The notes: a model not told the origin generated them from the letters alone. Shown: positions 1 through 13,198, counted from the stretch's first letter. The stretch: DNA of 64,000 bases from Octopus vulgaris (GCA_951406725.2 OX597816.1:57474001-57538000), one strand, 5' to 3'. Numbers and translations are program-made.

Positions 1-60
1 TACACACACAAACAGGGTGTCCCAAAAATGTATATACACACTAAATTAGTTTGAAGTTAG

Positions 61-420
61 TCATCGTCGTAGTTTAACGCCCGCTTTCCATGCTGGCATG
101 GTTTGGATGGCTTGACTGAGGACTGGTGAGCCAGAGGCCACACCAGGCTCCAATCTGTTCTGGCAAAGTTTCTACAGCTGGATACCCTTCCTAATGCCAA
201 CCACTCCGACAGTGTAGTACTTTTATGTGCCACTGGCACGAAGGCTAGTCGGGCAGTACTGGCAACGACCATGCTCAAATAGTGCTTTTTACATGCCACC
301 TGCACAGGAGCCAGTCTGGCAGCACTGACAATGACCATGTTCAAATGGTGTTTTTCACATGCCACCAGTACAGGTGCCAGTAAGGCGACGCTGGTAGCGA
401 ATCATGCTCGAATGGTGTTT
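61..420 (-). mobile_element. 5'-truncated RTE-type 3' end
   Basis: Shared UTR and (GAT)n-like tail; other copies about 3040-3262(+), 15754-16060(-), 26045-26400(-), 27988-28375(-), 41700-42119(+), 52600-52880(-), 56555-56840(-), 57105-57444(+), 62444-62680(-). Confidence 0.7.
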
Positions 421-573
421 ATTAAAATACATTTCCCTTTCAAGGTTTAATCGAATCTCCAAACAGGCTACAGTAGAAGACACTTGCCCAAGGTGCCATG
501 CAGTAGGACTGAACCCATAACCATGTGTTTGGTAAGCAAGCTACTCCTTTACCTATATCCACACAGCCACTCC

Positions 574-612
<39 letters not shown>

Positions 613-708
613 CAGGAAGGTTTACGAAAAGAAACAAAAGACGAAGGCAGGTGGAGTACAAACAAACAAATGTATTAGTATGGCGCTCATGAATAGAAAT
701 AGAACAAG

Positions 709-746
709 TCTTTTACGTTTCGAGCCTACGCTCTTCGCCAGAAAGA
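709..746 (-). ncRNA. Minimal hammerhead-like motif, family 2 (within repeat 612-815)
   Basis: Minus strand reads UCUUU-CUGGCGA-A-GAGC(guag)GCUC-GAAA-CG-UA-AAAGA; same repeat as 34038-34230. Confidence 0.55.
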
Positions 747-2190
747 TACACAGAAAAAAAAAACAGGGAGAGAAACAAGGAGAGAAAAAAATGTGTGTAG
801 GAGCTAACGATCTATATATATATATATATAAAGATGGTGTGTGTAAGGTGCCATGTCCCATTGTCACACAAAACTACTTTGAATGTCAGATGCACAAAGA
901 GACTTAACATATGATTTTGGGAAGGGTTTTTCATCTTTTTTTTTTATTGTATTTTGATCCTTTTGTTGATCTTTTTTCACTTCATGTTAAATAATATGAA
1001 ATGTCAGTGACTGTATCTCACAATACGCCACCATATCCTATGTTTATCGTCACTGGTAACCTTGCAGGGTCAAGCATAATATCCATTAAGACAGAAACAC
1101 ACAGACAGTGAGAGGATAGGGTAGCGACAGCTTCCAGGTGTTCGTTCACACAGAGTACTCTCCCCATCAATGACTGATGTGTGAAAGAGATAAGATCTTT
1201 TTGTATAATGTTTCTCTGACAGTCAGCAACGTTTTGGGTATAAAAACTACATTTTATAACTTTGAGCAGGTTTTAGAGAATGTCATTTTGATTAGTTCGC
1301 TCCGTTAATTTAATCGATTAATTAAATTAATAAAAACCCACAATAGCAGCCTTCTTCAGAAGCAAAAATAGCTTCTTTTATCTTTTACTTGTTTCAATCA
1401 CTGGACTGTGGCCATACTGGAGCACTGCATTGTAGGGTTTACTCAAACTGTGCTTATTTTCATGTCTGGTACTTATCCTATCAGTCTCTTTTGCCAAACT
1501 TTAAAATTATGGGGATGTAAACAAATGACTACTGGTTGTCAAGTTGATTGGGGTGAGAACAAATCACATACACGACAGGCTTCTGTACAGTTTCCATCTA
1601 CCAAATTCATGCACAAGGTATTAGTTCGACCAAGGGCAAAAGTAAAAAAACATTTACCCGAGGTACTAGATGGTGGGACCGAACCTGAAATCCCATGGTT
1701 GCCAACTGAGCTGCTTGACCACACAGCCAAGACTGTGTCTATAAAAACATCAGAAAAGATGGTGAACTGGCGGAATTGTTGCTGGATGCCGGACTAAACG
1801 CTTGGCAGCATTTCTTCAGGTTCCTTATCTTCTGAGTTCAAATGCTGCCTGGGTCAACATTGCCTTGCATCCCTTTCAGGGTCAATAAAATAAGTATCGC
1901 TGGCCTTGTGCTAACATTTAAAACCAGTGTTGAAGATATTAGAAAGCCTAGCTGTGAGAGAAAAATAAGATTGTAAAGAATTTCCTTTTGTATGTTTGAT
2001 GTACTCAAAAAACCCAAGGAAGGAGTCTCGTTTTCTTTCCTAATCAGTGGTGTGGAATATTCTGCTGCAATATAAAACAGTCATAAATCAGACTATCATT
2101 GTAGTGGATAGCTTAATTTGCATATTTGTGCTTTTGGTGAATCATCATTAATTAATTAAACAATATGTATTTTTTTTTATCCACAACATA

Positions 2191-2575
2191 GGCGTAGGAG
2201 TGGCTGTGTGGTAAGTAGCTTGCTTACCAACCACATGGTTCCGGGTTCAGTCCCACTGCGTGGCACCTTGGGCAAGTGTCTTCAACTATAGCCTCGAGCC
2301 AACCAAAGCCTTGTGAGTGGATTTGGGAGATGGAAACTGAAAGAAGCCTGTCGTATATATGTATATGTGTGTGTATATGTTTGTGTGTCTGTGTTTGTCC
2401 CCCCCAACATCGCTTGACAACTGATGCTGGTGTGTTTACGGCCCTGTAACTTAGCGGTTCGGCAAAACAGACCAATAGAATAAGTACTAGGCTTACAAAG
2501 AATAAGTCCTGGGGTCGATTTCCTCGACTAAAGGCGGTGCTCCGGCATGGCCACAAGTAAAATGAGTAAAGAGTA
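2191..2575 (+). mobile_element. tRNA-derived SINE family A (CORE-like CCTTGGGCAAG)
   Basis: A box TGGCTGTGTGG, B box GGTTCAGTCCC, internal (TA/TG)n, tail ..AAATGACTGAAACAAGTAAAAGAG in fuller copies; many copies in window. Confidence 0.85.
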
Positions 2576-2774
2576 ACACAGTACAAATTAATAGGACTGA
2601 AATAAATTTAAATATTAACAAACCTTAACTGCAAAATAAATGGAAAAACACATGTAAATACATTCTACAAGAGGAGCCTGCTTTGCACCAACCTTTCTCT
2701 CATGCTCTAAACTCCCCCTTGTCTTCTGGCATAAAGTTGACACCCACCCTCTCCATGTCCTGGCATTCTGTATT

Positions 2775-3008
2775 CTTATTTCTTTATTGCCCACAAGGGG
2801 CTAAACATAGAGGGGACTAACAAGGACAGACAAAGGGATTAAGTCGATTACATCGACCCCTGTGTGTAACTGGTACTTAATTTATCAACCCCAAAAGGAT
2901 GAGAGGCAAAGTCAACCTCGGCAGAATTTGAACTAAGAACGTATCGGCAGACAAAGTACTGCTAGGCATTTCACCTGGCATGATAACGTTTCTGCCAGCT
3001 CACCGTCT
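2775..3008 (-). mobile_element. SINE family B
   Basis: Reverse complement of GGCGAGCTGGCAGAA..GAGTTCAAATTC..GCCTTTCATCCTTTCGGGGTCGATAAA..TAAGTACCAG. Confidence 0.75.
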
Positions 3009-5494
3009 TCTGTATTCTGACATTCTGTATTCTTGTGAGCCTGCACGGCAACCTTAATAGTGCCAGTGACACATGTAAAACGCCCAGTACACACTGTCAA
3101 GTGGTTGGCATTAGGAAGGGCATCCAGCCATAGAAACCAGACCAAAGCTGACATTGGAGCACAATCGAGTCCTTGGATGCATCAGATCCAATCAAACCAT
3201 CCAACCGATGCCAGCATGGAACATGGACATTAAACAACAATAATGATGGTGATGATGATGATATAGAGAACTTGGGTAACCATCAACTACCTTGACATGA
3301 ACAGTGATCTGCAGTATCAGAACTATTGAATGATGCTTTACAATTTATTAGAAATAAAAAAAGAATTATTGCTTTATTCTCTGTAAATTTCCTTCATTCT
3401 CATCAGTTCTTGCTTGGGTTTGTCATGAGCCCCAAGACCCACAAGGCTGGAGCTGAATCCCAGTTTTCATAGCGTATGAGGGATTGAGATCACAAAACTC
3501 CCTGGCCTTGAATGGGGCATCAGTCTGTTTGTAAAGTTATGCTTATTGTTGGGACCCATTTACAGTTGAGTGGACTGGAGCAATGAAGTGTTTTGTTCAA
3601 AAGCACAATACACTGCCCTGTCTTGTTTCTGACTTCCACAGTCTAACCCCCACCCTTCGTCACTTCCCTCAATGCCATCACCACCCCCAATCTCGATTGA
3701 AGGGGTTTTGTCTTGCAATTTACTAGGTGACCCCACTGGTGCTGGTGCTATGTAAAAAAACACTCTTTTCATTTTGTAAAGTTGTTGGCATCAGAAAGGT
3801 CATCCAGCCATGGCAACCCTGCCAAAACAGACAGCAGAGCTTGGCACTGTCCTCTGGTCTTGCCAGCGCCTGTCAAACTGTCCAGCATAGAAAATGGACA
3901 TCAAATAAGGATACTCTTATGACTGTTGTTGAAACAACGCATCTACTTGACCAAATCTACAAGGAAAATAGATTTAGTTATTTTCTTTGTACAACATTCT
4001 CAAAAGTCAAGGCTGACCATTCACTTACACCATGTAATGTACAGACTTGGACAAGAATTTTTGAGGAAGACTGGTAGCCCCCCCCCTGTAGGAGTGTCTC
4101 CATTCTCCACTTTTCCTGATATGTATCAAAGAGAAATGCTACCATTTCTAATACAGATTGGCACCAGTTTTTATCAGAGACATTGATGTAAGGAACCAGA
4201 ACAAGGACCACAAAGCATCTCACCCAACCCTCTCATCCACCGATCTGCTTTCCAGGAATGCTCCCTATTTTTTTAAACCCCAAAAGGATGAACAGCAAGG
4301 TTAGCCTTGGTAGGATTTGAACTCTGACCACAGAGAATCAAAACAAATTCCACAAGGCACTCTAGCCACTCTGCCAATTTGCCTGTTTAAATAATTATTT
4401 AAATAGAATATACTTTGTGTGCCATTCTTTTTTTCATTGTTTCTTTTTTTTTTTTTCTCTCTCTAAACTTTGAAATATTTCAAACTCAGAAAAATTAGTA
4501 ACAGACACTGTGTAAAGGAAATCTACTTCCATCCACATGAAGAATAGATTCTTTAAAAATTGGCTGTTCATATTTTGGGGATTGATCCATCTTCCATTCC
4601 ACTACTAAACTAGCTTTCATAACTACCAATTGTTTCTTTTGTCTTTTAATTGAATTAGTTTACCATTCTGCTACCAGTTCCTTCAATAACCAATCTACCA
4701 AAATGTCGTTATTTTATCCATCTCAAATCCCAGTTAACCCTAATCTCAACCAGATATCATCTGACCAAACTTCCATTCCCTTTACAGCCATTATATGTGA
4801 CTCCCATTCCTCTGTCACATGATCAGATTTGTTTTATTTAACTCAACACCCCTTAATTCTACAACATAAATTCCTTGTTTTAATGGGATCTAAATCAAAA
4901 GCTCCCATCAAGATTTCTCGTAAATTTATACTCTAAATGCTATACTTCAGGAAATTCTTCATCATTTCCAAAATCAATCAAAACAAAGGCAGTGGATTCC
5001 AACCGAAAAATGGTAATGAAAGGGTTCTTTAATAGAAAGGCAGTAAATAACCTCAACTTGCTGGGGTAATATTCCTACACATGTGTTCTAGACAAAGGGT
5101 TGCTTTTTTTTTTTTTCTGTTGTGTCACATCGCAAAACACTGGACTCTTGATGGCTCAATCCATCAAACTTGAAATAGGTACAATGGGACAGTAAACAAC
5201 AGCTAAACAGTATAACGGAGAAGTATTTTCTTTAGCTTGCAGTGCTGCTAAGAAGAGGCTCACAAATGGCACCATTTACCCTCAAATTTTGTTGTGTCAA
5301 TTCAAAAACCACAAGATATTCATTGAATTCTTGCTTTACCTAAATTCCTTTCTTCAGACCATTCTTTGTCAATTAAACAACTAAAACGTCATTGGTTTCC
5401 TGTGGGTTTTTGGCTTTTTTTTTTGTTTTGTTGTTTTTTGTTTACTGTTATATCTCTGTTAAATCTCTGCTAATGCCATTTGGGTTATTTCTAG

Positions 5495-5637
5495 AATGTG
5501 AGATTGGTTATTTCGGACCAAGCTGCCATTTTACCTGCAGTAATTGTATGAACGGTGGACAGTGCAATGAAGCCAGAGATGGTTGTCTCTGTAAACCTGG
5601 ATTCCAAGGAATTCTTTGCAACAACACATGTCGCCAG
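5495..5637 (+). CDS. MEGF6: MEGF6-like (multiple EGF-like domains) internal exon 1 in window
   Basis: ttctag|AA TGT GAG...CAG|gtgtgt; encodes CEIGYFGPSCHFTCSNCMNGGQCNEARDGCLCKPGFQGILCNNTCRQ. Cys spacing (CxxTCxxCxNGGxC...DGCxC) resembles the first laminin-type EGF repeat of MEGF6 as I recall it; phase 1 to 0. Confidence 0.85.
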
Positions 5638-8139
5638 GTGTGTTTTCACAAAATTTTTTTTTTTTTTGCAATCCCATTCTGTTTTTTTTTATCATCACTT
5701 TTCATATTGTTGTTGTTGTTGTCATTTGTTGTAGTTGCTGTTGTTGTTGTTGTTGTTGTTGTAGTGGTTGTTGCTGTTATTGTTGTTGTTTTGTCCGAAA
5801 CCGACACCAGATCCCCTCAACCTCCCACCATCATTCTCCTGTCTTGTATTCAGACATTATGTATCTGACTTCACTATTTAATAAATCCTTCCTTTCTATG
5901 ATGGTAGGGTGGGATATAAATGAGATTTGGCTGCTGTTTCTAGCAGGGAGAGCAACCACATAGCAGCTCCTTCTTTAGCTAAGACTCACCCCTAAAACAG
6001 GATACTTCTTAAATTAGGATCTCCTTCATCGTGGCTTCTTTGTTGTCTCAGCTTCATTCCTTAGCTAGGTTTCTCTCCCAAGATAGGGTCCCCTTGTTAG
6101 CTAGAGTCCTCTTCAGTAGCTAAAGTTCCCTCCTTAATTATGATTCCCTCATTAGGGAGAACCCACCCACCCACTTTATTAGCTCAGACTTACTTATCTC
6201 AGACACCATCGTTGCTATAGCAACCTCACAGTCATGACAGTTTACTAATTAAGGATAAAAAGAATTCAAATACTCAAATACCTAATTCATTTCAGTGGCT
6301 TTGTGTTCTGTAGAGTACTAAATCACCCCTGCCCTTACAGACCAAGCTGTAAATAAAATCTGGGAGAACAACGTCAAACACTGACCTTACTGGATTGTGA
6401 TTTAGTTGGGTCTAGTACTGAGATATGAAACTAGATTATTGTCAAAATAGAGAGGGAGTATCTGGGAGTACCAAGGGGTACCACAGAGTTACCATCTTAC
6501 AATTAAAGTCTTAGATAAGTTGTTTATGGCGTTGTTTAGACTCAGATCACAGTTGGTTGCCCTTTCTATCTCTAACCAATTAGCAGAGTGTACCGGGAGA
6601 GTTTTATCATGGCATCAGCACCAGAAAGGTTGTCATGTTCCCAGTAAGAATAAAGGGTTCTCACTTTGCTACAGAGTTTCTGTTTATTCTTTTATTTCCA
6701 CACAACATGAGAGAAGGAAGAGAGCTAAGATGATATGGATGGGGAGATGATAGGAGAGCACCAGAGTTGGGGAGGTGATAGAAGAGAGAGTACTGGGAAA
6801 AGAGAGAGTGTGTTAGGCAGCTATCTGATTGTTATTGGTGAAGGAATTGAATAGCAATGATATGAACAAGTGGGTGATAGAGAAGAGAATAGTGGAAGGG
6901 TGATAGAAGGGAAAATCATAGGGGAGATTGGTAGAAGCAAGAGAGTATGAATGGTAGAGAGAAGGGAAAAGTAATAAAAGAGGGAGAGAGAGGATTATAG
7001 AGAGTATAAGAGTAATGGGTATCAGTAATGAGCGGGAGAGGAGAAAAGTAATAAGAGAGAGAGAGAGGGTGGTAGATGCAGAAGTAATAGGAGAGAGAAG
7101 GGGGTGATGGCTAGCAAGAGAATTGGGTGGTAGTAAGAGGAGACTGAATGAGGGGTGGAGGCACAATTGGAGGAGAGGGATAGTGTGCTGTGAGCAAATA
7201 GGAGAGAGCAAAATAAAACCAGATATAATTATTCGTATTTAACTCAATGAGAAAGTAATATGGGTTTCAAATTTTGGTAGAAGGCCATCAAGTTGCAGAA
7301 AGAGCATAGATCGATCACATCGACCCCAGTATTCAGCTGGTACTTATTTTATCGACCCTGAAAGGATGAAAGGCAAAGTTCACCCCAGTGAAATTTGAAC
7401 TCCAAAACGTAAAGACACATGAAATACCAATTAAGCATTTTGCCAAGCTAACGATTCTGTCAGCTTCCCGCCTTATGATGAAGTAATATTAATTTCCATT
7501 GTGTAAGAGCAATTAATTGTTCAGGAGTTTTTTTTTTAAGTGGATCATATTGATGCCATTGAGCCTCTTGTTTGTCTGGGAGCTATTTTAAGCCTTTAAC
7601 ATTCAGATTCCTCTGTCAAATTTAGTCTTATTTATTCACATCGTTTTCAATTAATCATTGTCTTGTTGCTTTGAGATTTCAATGATATGATTGTTTATTT
7701 TTAAAAGGATATTGTAGGGTAGATGTGAGAGACTGGATATGGCTAGTTAGGATATAAAATGGGTACAATATTTTTGGCCAGATATGGTCAGTTTAAATGC
7801 TAAAGAGACAACTGTAAATGGTACGAAGGATCACAACTTACACAAAATACCACAATTTTGTTTGGTTACCTTTTTCTAAGGCGAGGGCAGAAGGTGTAAA
7901 CTAAGGTGCTATAATGTGGGATCAAATCAGGGCTAGAGCAGCAGATAGAAACCGTGGTGCTGTGCAATGGGATTGAACTCAAACCAAGCTTTATAATCTC
8001 ACTGTCTTGTCATTGTCCAGTTTCTCTAATTATATAAATGGATTGCAATTGACATGTTTGCAAAAACTTGTGTTTGATATCCAGGAAACTAATAAGAATA
8101 TTTTCCAAATTATAAACAACTTTTTTGACATTAAAATTT

Positions 8140-8171
<32 letters not shown>

Positions 8172-8172
<1 letters not shown>

Positions 8173-8692
8173 TCATGGCTTCTGATCTTAACCGATTGGA
8201 AGTGTTATCATGTACATTGTTTTGTCTTGGTATAAAAGATGGGCTACAGCAAATATTCTGCTCAATACCACAGATTTGCTTGTCAGTTGTTTGACCTTAA
8301 CCAGTTGAGCATGTCCCTTAGTGGCTGACGATATGTGCATCTCTGATCACGAGCAGAAGTAGTGGGGGAGCATCAAAGCCATGTGTTGAGATGGATTCTT
8401 TGGGATTTGAATAATTCACCTCTGGAAACATGAGTGTTTCTTTCAACATCCTTAAACAACCCTTATTCAGGGAGCAGGATGGGCTACTCAACCTGAAGAA
8501 AATTCTAACTGGGCCCCACCTGCAAGGTCATGTGCTGTTTATCTTGATATGAGATCACCATGTCACGCACATATGGTCGTGATGCATGTGCCTGGTGTAC
8601 CCCTATCAGACGGGTAGTCATGATGGGTGTATTGGGCTTCGTATATTTTACCCCAGTGTCACTTTGATGGCATGAACTGCTCTCTCACTCAA
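8172..8692 (+). mobile_element. About 550-bp non-coding retroposon embedded in (AAT)n
   Basis: Three highly similar copies, each flanked by (AAT)n on both sides. Confidence 0.8.
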
Positions 8693-8711
8693 TAATAATA
8701 ATAATAATAAT

Positions 8712-9090
8712 GAAATTATTGTGTATAGAGCTCGGGTCCACTACAACTTATCAGAGATGCATGTATAGTAAATAGAATTATGTACAAAAGTCAGAAATGT
8801 GAACAGTGTGTCATGATATACATGTGTGCATGCATATGGAGTTGGGTGGGGTATCAGGTGTAGTGTTGATGAATGTCAGGAAGCATGGAGGTTTTAAAGG
8901 ATGCAATGTCTCGGCAACTGACAACTGATGCAGGTAGTTTGTTCCATGCTTCAGCAACTCTGAGTATGAAAAATGCTTCCGAAAGTCATGGGAGCTGTGC
9001 TGTTTTCTGACTTTGTAGGCGTGTCCACATGTGTTAGACACATGGAGCTCAAAAAGGTGCTCAAGGTGGTTGTTAGCACAATGGTTAATA
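8712..9090 (-). mobile_element. CR1-like LINE 3' remnant
   Basis: NTCGHAYKVRKQHSSHDFRKHF (TRGH-like CR1 motif); small + fragment at about 36170-36252. Confidence 0.6.
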
Positions 9091-9262
9091 ATTTTTGCAG
9101 GTGTTTACCAAGTGAATTGCCAGATGCCGGAACTTCAATTGTGAAACAATTCATTAAAATTAAATATGTCTGTATTTAACAAACTTGCAGATACTTCCAG
9201 GTTTAGCATGATGCCTCTAGTCATTATATAAAGTTTCTGAGAAGCCTATAGAATAGATATAT

Positions 9263-9640
9263 GGCGTAGGAGTGGCTGTGTGGTAAGTAGCTTGCTTACC
9301 AACCACATGGTTCCGGGTTCAGTCCCACTGCTTGGCACCTTGGGCAAGTGTCTTCTACTATAGCCTCGGACCGACCAAAGCCTTGTGAGTGGATTTGGTA
9401 GACGGAAACTGAAAGAAGCCCATCGTATATATATATGTGTGTGTGTGTGTTTGTGTCTGTGCTTGTCCCCCAACATCGCTTGACAACTGATGCTGGTGTG
9501 TTAACGTCCCTGTAACTTAGCAGTTCGGCAAAAGAGACCGATAGAATAAGTACTAGGCTTACAAAGAATGAGTCCTGGGGTCGACTAAAGGCGGTGCTCC
9601 AGCATGGCCACAGTCAAATGATTGAAACAAGTAAAGGAGT
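9263..9640 (+). mobile_element. SINE family A
   Basis: Near-identical to 2191-2575. Confidence 0.85.
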
Positions 9641-9751
9641 ATGTATGTATATATGAGTATATATGTAGGGAGGGGGTGTATGTGTGTGTGTGTGCATATA
9701 TTCCCAATTATATTTTTAACCCAATTCATTCATAAATTCTTTTTTTCTTAG

Positions 9752-10084
9752 GGTACATTTGGCATTGACTGCAACAGACTGTGTACTTGTCAAAATGGAG
9801 GGACTTGCAACCCAGAAACAGGTGGATGTACATGTCCTCCGGGTATTAAAGGTGTAAGCTGTGAAATTGGTTGCTCACCTGGTTACTATGGTGAGAACTG
9901 TGACAAGAGGTGTCCGCAGCAGTGTCCAGAAGGTTACTGTAATCGTATGTTAGGTAACTGTGAATGCGAACCAGGAATGTTTGGTCCATTGTGTAATCGG
10001 AAGTGTCCAGACTTCTCCTGGGGTCGCAACTGTATTCAAGAATGTGCTTGTAACCAGAAACATAGTTCGGGATGTGATCCTAAA
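9752..10084 (+). CDS. MEGF6: MEGF6-like exon 2 (333 nt)
   Basis: tttcttag|GGT ACA TTT...CCT AAA|gtaagt; GTFGIDCNRLCTCQNGGTCNPETGGCTCPPGIKGVSCEIGCSPGYYG...CACNQKHSSGCDPK; phase 0-0, in frame with neighbours. Confidence 0.9.
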
Positions 10085-11206
10085 GTAAGTACAGTCTTTA
10101 GATTTCCTTATTTTTCTTTGAATATGGAATTTTCTCTATTTAGTAATTACTAAAATAAACATTCTGAACTAATATCTTTTAGCATACACCAGGCTTATAG
10201 AACACTGAAATAATATAAACCCATTAATTTTATTTACAGATGAACTTCCTCCTACATGGTGCCACATCCTATATACCTTATATGTAATTTGTTTTTGTAT
10301 TGTCACATAAAAACTGGAATGGATAATTTTATTTCCTGTTTGATGTATTAATTCTTCATATTTCTATGACTCTAGTATTTGTCTGCTATACAAAAACAGC
10401 CAATACTCTAAGATAATCCTCAAAGGTTAATATATACTTGAATATTTTACCTCATAATGTTTGTGCTTGAAAAACCCATTTCAAGAGTTGAATATCCCAG
10501 GACTGATATTAAATGAAGGGCTGTTTTTAAAATATTTTTAATAAATTAGTTGCAATGTAATGTGAGTAACCATTTAGCTCCTCTATACAAAGAAATCTAT
10601 CGGGGCCCCTTCTTTCATAACTTAACCTTAAATCGCCTTGCAAATAGCTGCCTCCCTTTCTGCTGTAACATCTCAGTCAAAAAGGGGATCTTTGTCATGC
10701 AAGCTGAATGAAGACTTTATTAGTGGTTGCTGTTAGGAAGCACATATCCAGCTGTAGAAACCCTGAAGGATGTTGCAATCTTTGAACCTGTCAGTTCCTA
10801 TCAAACTGTCCAAAGCATGCAAGCATTGATGATGATGATGATGATGATAGCAATGGCAGTAGCTGTAATGGTGGTGACGACAGTAACTGGAATCATAACA
10901 ATTACATTCGTAGAAAAGTTTACATAAAGACAAAGGGGATTTGCAGACAAATTCGTCCATCAAATTTCCTAATGGAAATATTCTTGCTAAAATATTTCAC
11001 TACGTCATATTGTGTAATGATATTTAATGAAATATTTTAATTAACATAATGGGACTTTCATTACATATATCTGATTAGTTATTTGTGAAATATATCAGTG
11101 CTGTTATTTTCCTCAAGCAAAAACAAATTCCCTCCAGGTACAAAAATATTTTAAACAGGGTGGGACAAAAGTAGGTATACAGTTATGAAAACAGGAAACA
11201 TGTACT

Positions 11207-11525
11207 TCATCATCATTGTTTAACATCTGCTTTCCATGCTGGCATGGGTTGTTTGGTTCGACTGGGTTCTGGGAAGCCAGGAGGCTCAACCAGGCTCCAG
11301 TCAGATATGGCAGTGTTTCTACAGCTGGATGCCCTTCCTAATGCCAACCACTCCGAGAATGTAGTGGGTGCTCTTTAATGTGCCATCAGCACATGGGCCA
11401 GACGAGGCTGGCAATGACCACAATCGGTTGGTGCTTTTTACATGCCACCAGCATGGAAGCCAGTCAAGGAGGTACTGGCATCAGCCCCATTTGGGTGGTG
11501 CTTTTCTACAATTTCCATTTGATTT
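11207..11525 (-). mobile_element. RTE-type 3' end flanked by an about 190-bp direct duplication
   Basis: Direct repeats 11018-11205 and 11526-11724 bracket the insertion. Confidence 0.75.
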
Positions 11526-12318
11526 TGATATTTAATGAAATATTTTAATTAACATAATGGGACTTTAATTACCTATCTGATTAGCTATTTGTGAAATATT
11601 TTTGAAAATATATCAGTGCTGTTATTTTCCTCAAGCAAAAACAGATTCCCTCCAGGTACAAAAATATTTTAAAACAGGGTGGAGCAACAGTAGGTATACA
11701 GTTATGAAAACAGGAAACATGTACAATACATATTTATTTTTATCAAAAAAATTAAAAGTTACAATAAAAGTATTATTATAGTTAATATATTATTATGATT
11801 AATGACACTGAAAATATCAAAAATGAGGCTAATTAATTTAATGCACTAATAATGTTAATGAATTAAGAAGTATTGTAGCATTGTGATACTTACTGTATAC
11901 CTTCTTTTGCACACACACACAAACACACACACACTCCGCTGTATATATATATAACATAATGTATCCTTAAATATACATAAGGATGAAGCATGTGAAAAGA
12001 TGTGTTCGTGTAAACACACATGCACACACACACAAGCATGTGCACACTCACACAAAAATGTGCACATACACAAACACGTGTACACATACACACACATAAA
12101 CACGTGCACACACCCACACACACAAACACATGCGCACACACACAAACAGGCACGTTTGTATCTGTGATTATTATATACCTTATTTTTGTACCTTATTTAT
12201 ATATAAAAAAATGCTACAATCAGCTGTCTTTATTGATGGCACGTCGTCAGCTAGTAAATAATATCACAGACATCAAAAGGAAAAAAATTATCATTATTTA
12301 AATTCTTTTGTTTTTCAG

Positions 12319-12505
12319 AATGGTAAATGTATATGTCTTGCTGGATACCAAGGAATCAGTTGTAACCAAAAATGTCCAGAAAACAGATATGGCATTAAAT
12401 GTCAAAGAACATGTAATTGTCCAAAAGAGACAACTTGTGATCATGTGGGTGGAGAATGTAAATGGAATTGTCCAGCAGGTCGGACAGGGTTCAGGTGCCA
12501 GAAAG
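12319..12505 (+). CDS. MEGF6: MEGF6-like exon 3 (187 nt)
   Basis: tttttcag|AAT GGT AAA TGT...AAA G|gtgagt; NGKCICLAGYQG...CDHVGGECKWNCPAGRTGFRCQK, including the MEGF6-type GECxxxCPAG irregularity; phase 0-1. Confidence 0.9.
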
Positions 12506-12861
12506 GTGAGTCTTGTTAGTTTTTGTGGAATCGATGGTGTTGTTGCTGATGGCGTTGTTAAATGTTCCCAATCTACTCTCCAGCTTCATGGTTCCAGGTT
12601 CAGTCCCACTGCGTGGCACCTTTGGCAAGTGTCTTCGACTATAGCCTCAGGCTGACCAAAGCCTTGCGAGTGGATTTGGTAGACGGAAACTGGTTGGTAT
12701 CAGGAAAAGCATCCAACTGTTGAAAGGATGCCAAAGCGGTCACTGGAGCATGACACAGCCCAGTCGAACTGGCCAATGCAAATCAGTATGGATCATGGAT
12801 GTTGTATGAGGATGATGGTGATACAATGTTGAGGAGGAGCTGGAGGAGAACAATAATGACT

Positions 12862-13104
12862 ATATTATTTACATTATTTACATTTGATAGATATTTGTCC
12901 TCATCTTGTTTGTTGTTAACACAACTTTTCGGCTGATATACCATCCAGCCTTCATCAGGTGTCTTGGGGAAATTTCGAACCTGGGTTCTCATTCTTAAGG
13001 TATTTGTCGATGTTGTTGTTATTATTATTATTCAGGTCACTGCCTGGAATCGAACTTGGAATCTTGGAGTTAGTAGCCTGTGCTCGTAACCACTACGATA
13101 TATG
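12862..13104 (-). mobile_element. tRNA-derived SINE with hammerhead tail
   Basis: Minus strand: ..TCGTAGTGG (A-box-like)..GTTCGATTCC (B box), (AAT)n linker, hammerhead, (AATGTAAAT)n tail; homologous to 44451-45045. Confidence 0.7.
12918..12963 (-). ncRNA. Minimal hammerhead motif, family 1 (SINE tail)
   Basis: GACAC-CUGAUGA-A-GGCUG(10 nt)CAGCC-GAAA-AG-UU-GUGUU. Confidence 0.65.
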
Positions 13105-13198
13105 ATTATGGTGATGACAATGATGATGACAGTAGCATGGTAGATTGTAGAACTATTAGAGCATTAGATTGAATATTCCTTCACTCTCTCTCTCTCCT

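Noticed and set aside
220-420. Repeat-spacer-like periodicity resembling CRISPR
   Set aside because: Eukaryotic context; whole units are homologous, with no unique spacers and no cas genes.
8324-8360. CTGACGA in the (AAT)n-embedded element
   Set aside because: Followed by GAGC rather than GAAA; hammerhead topology cannot be completed.
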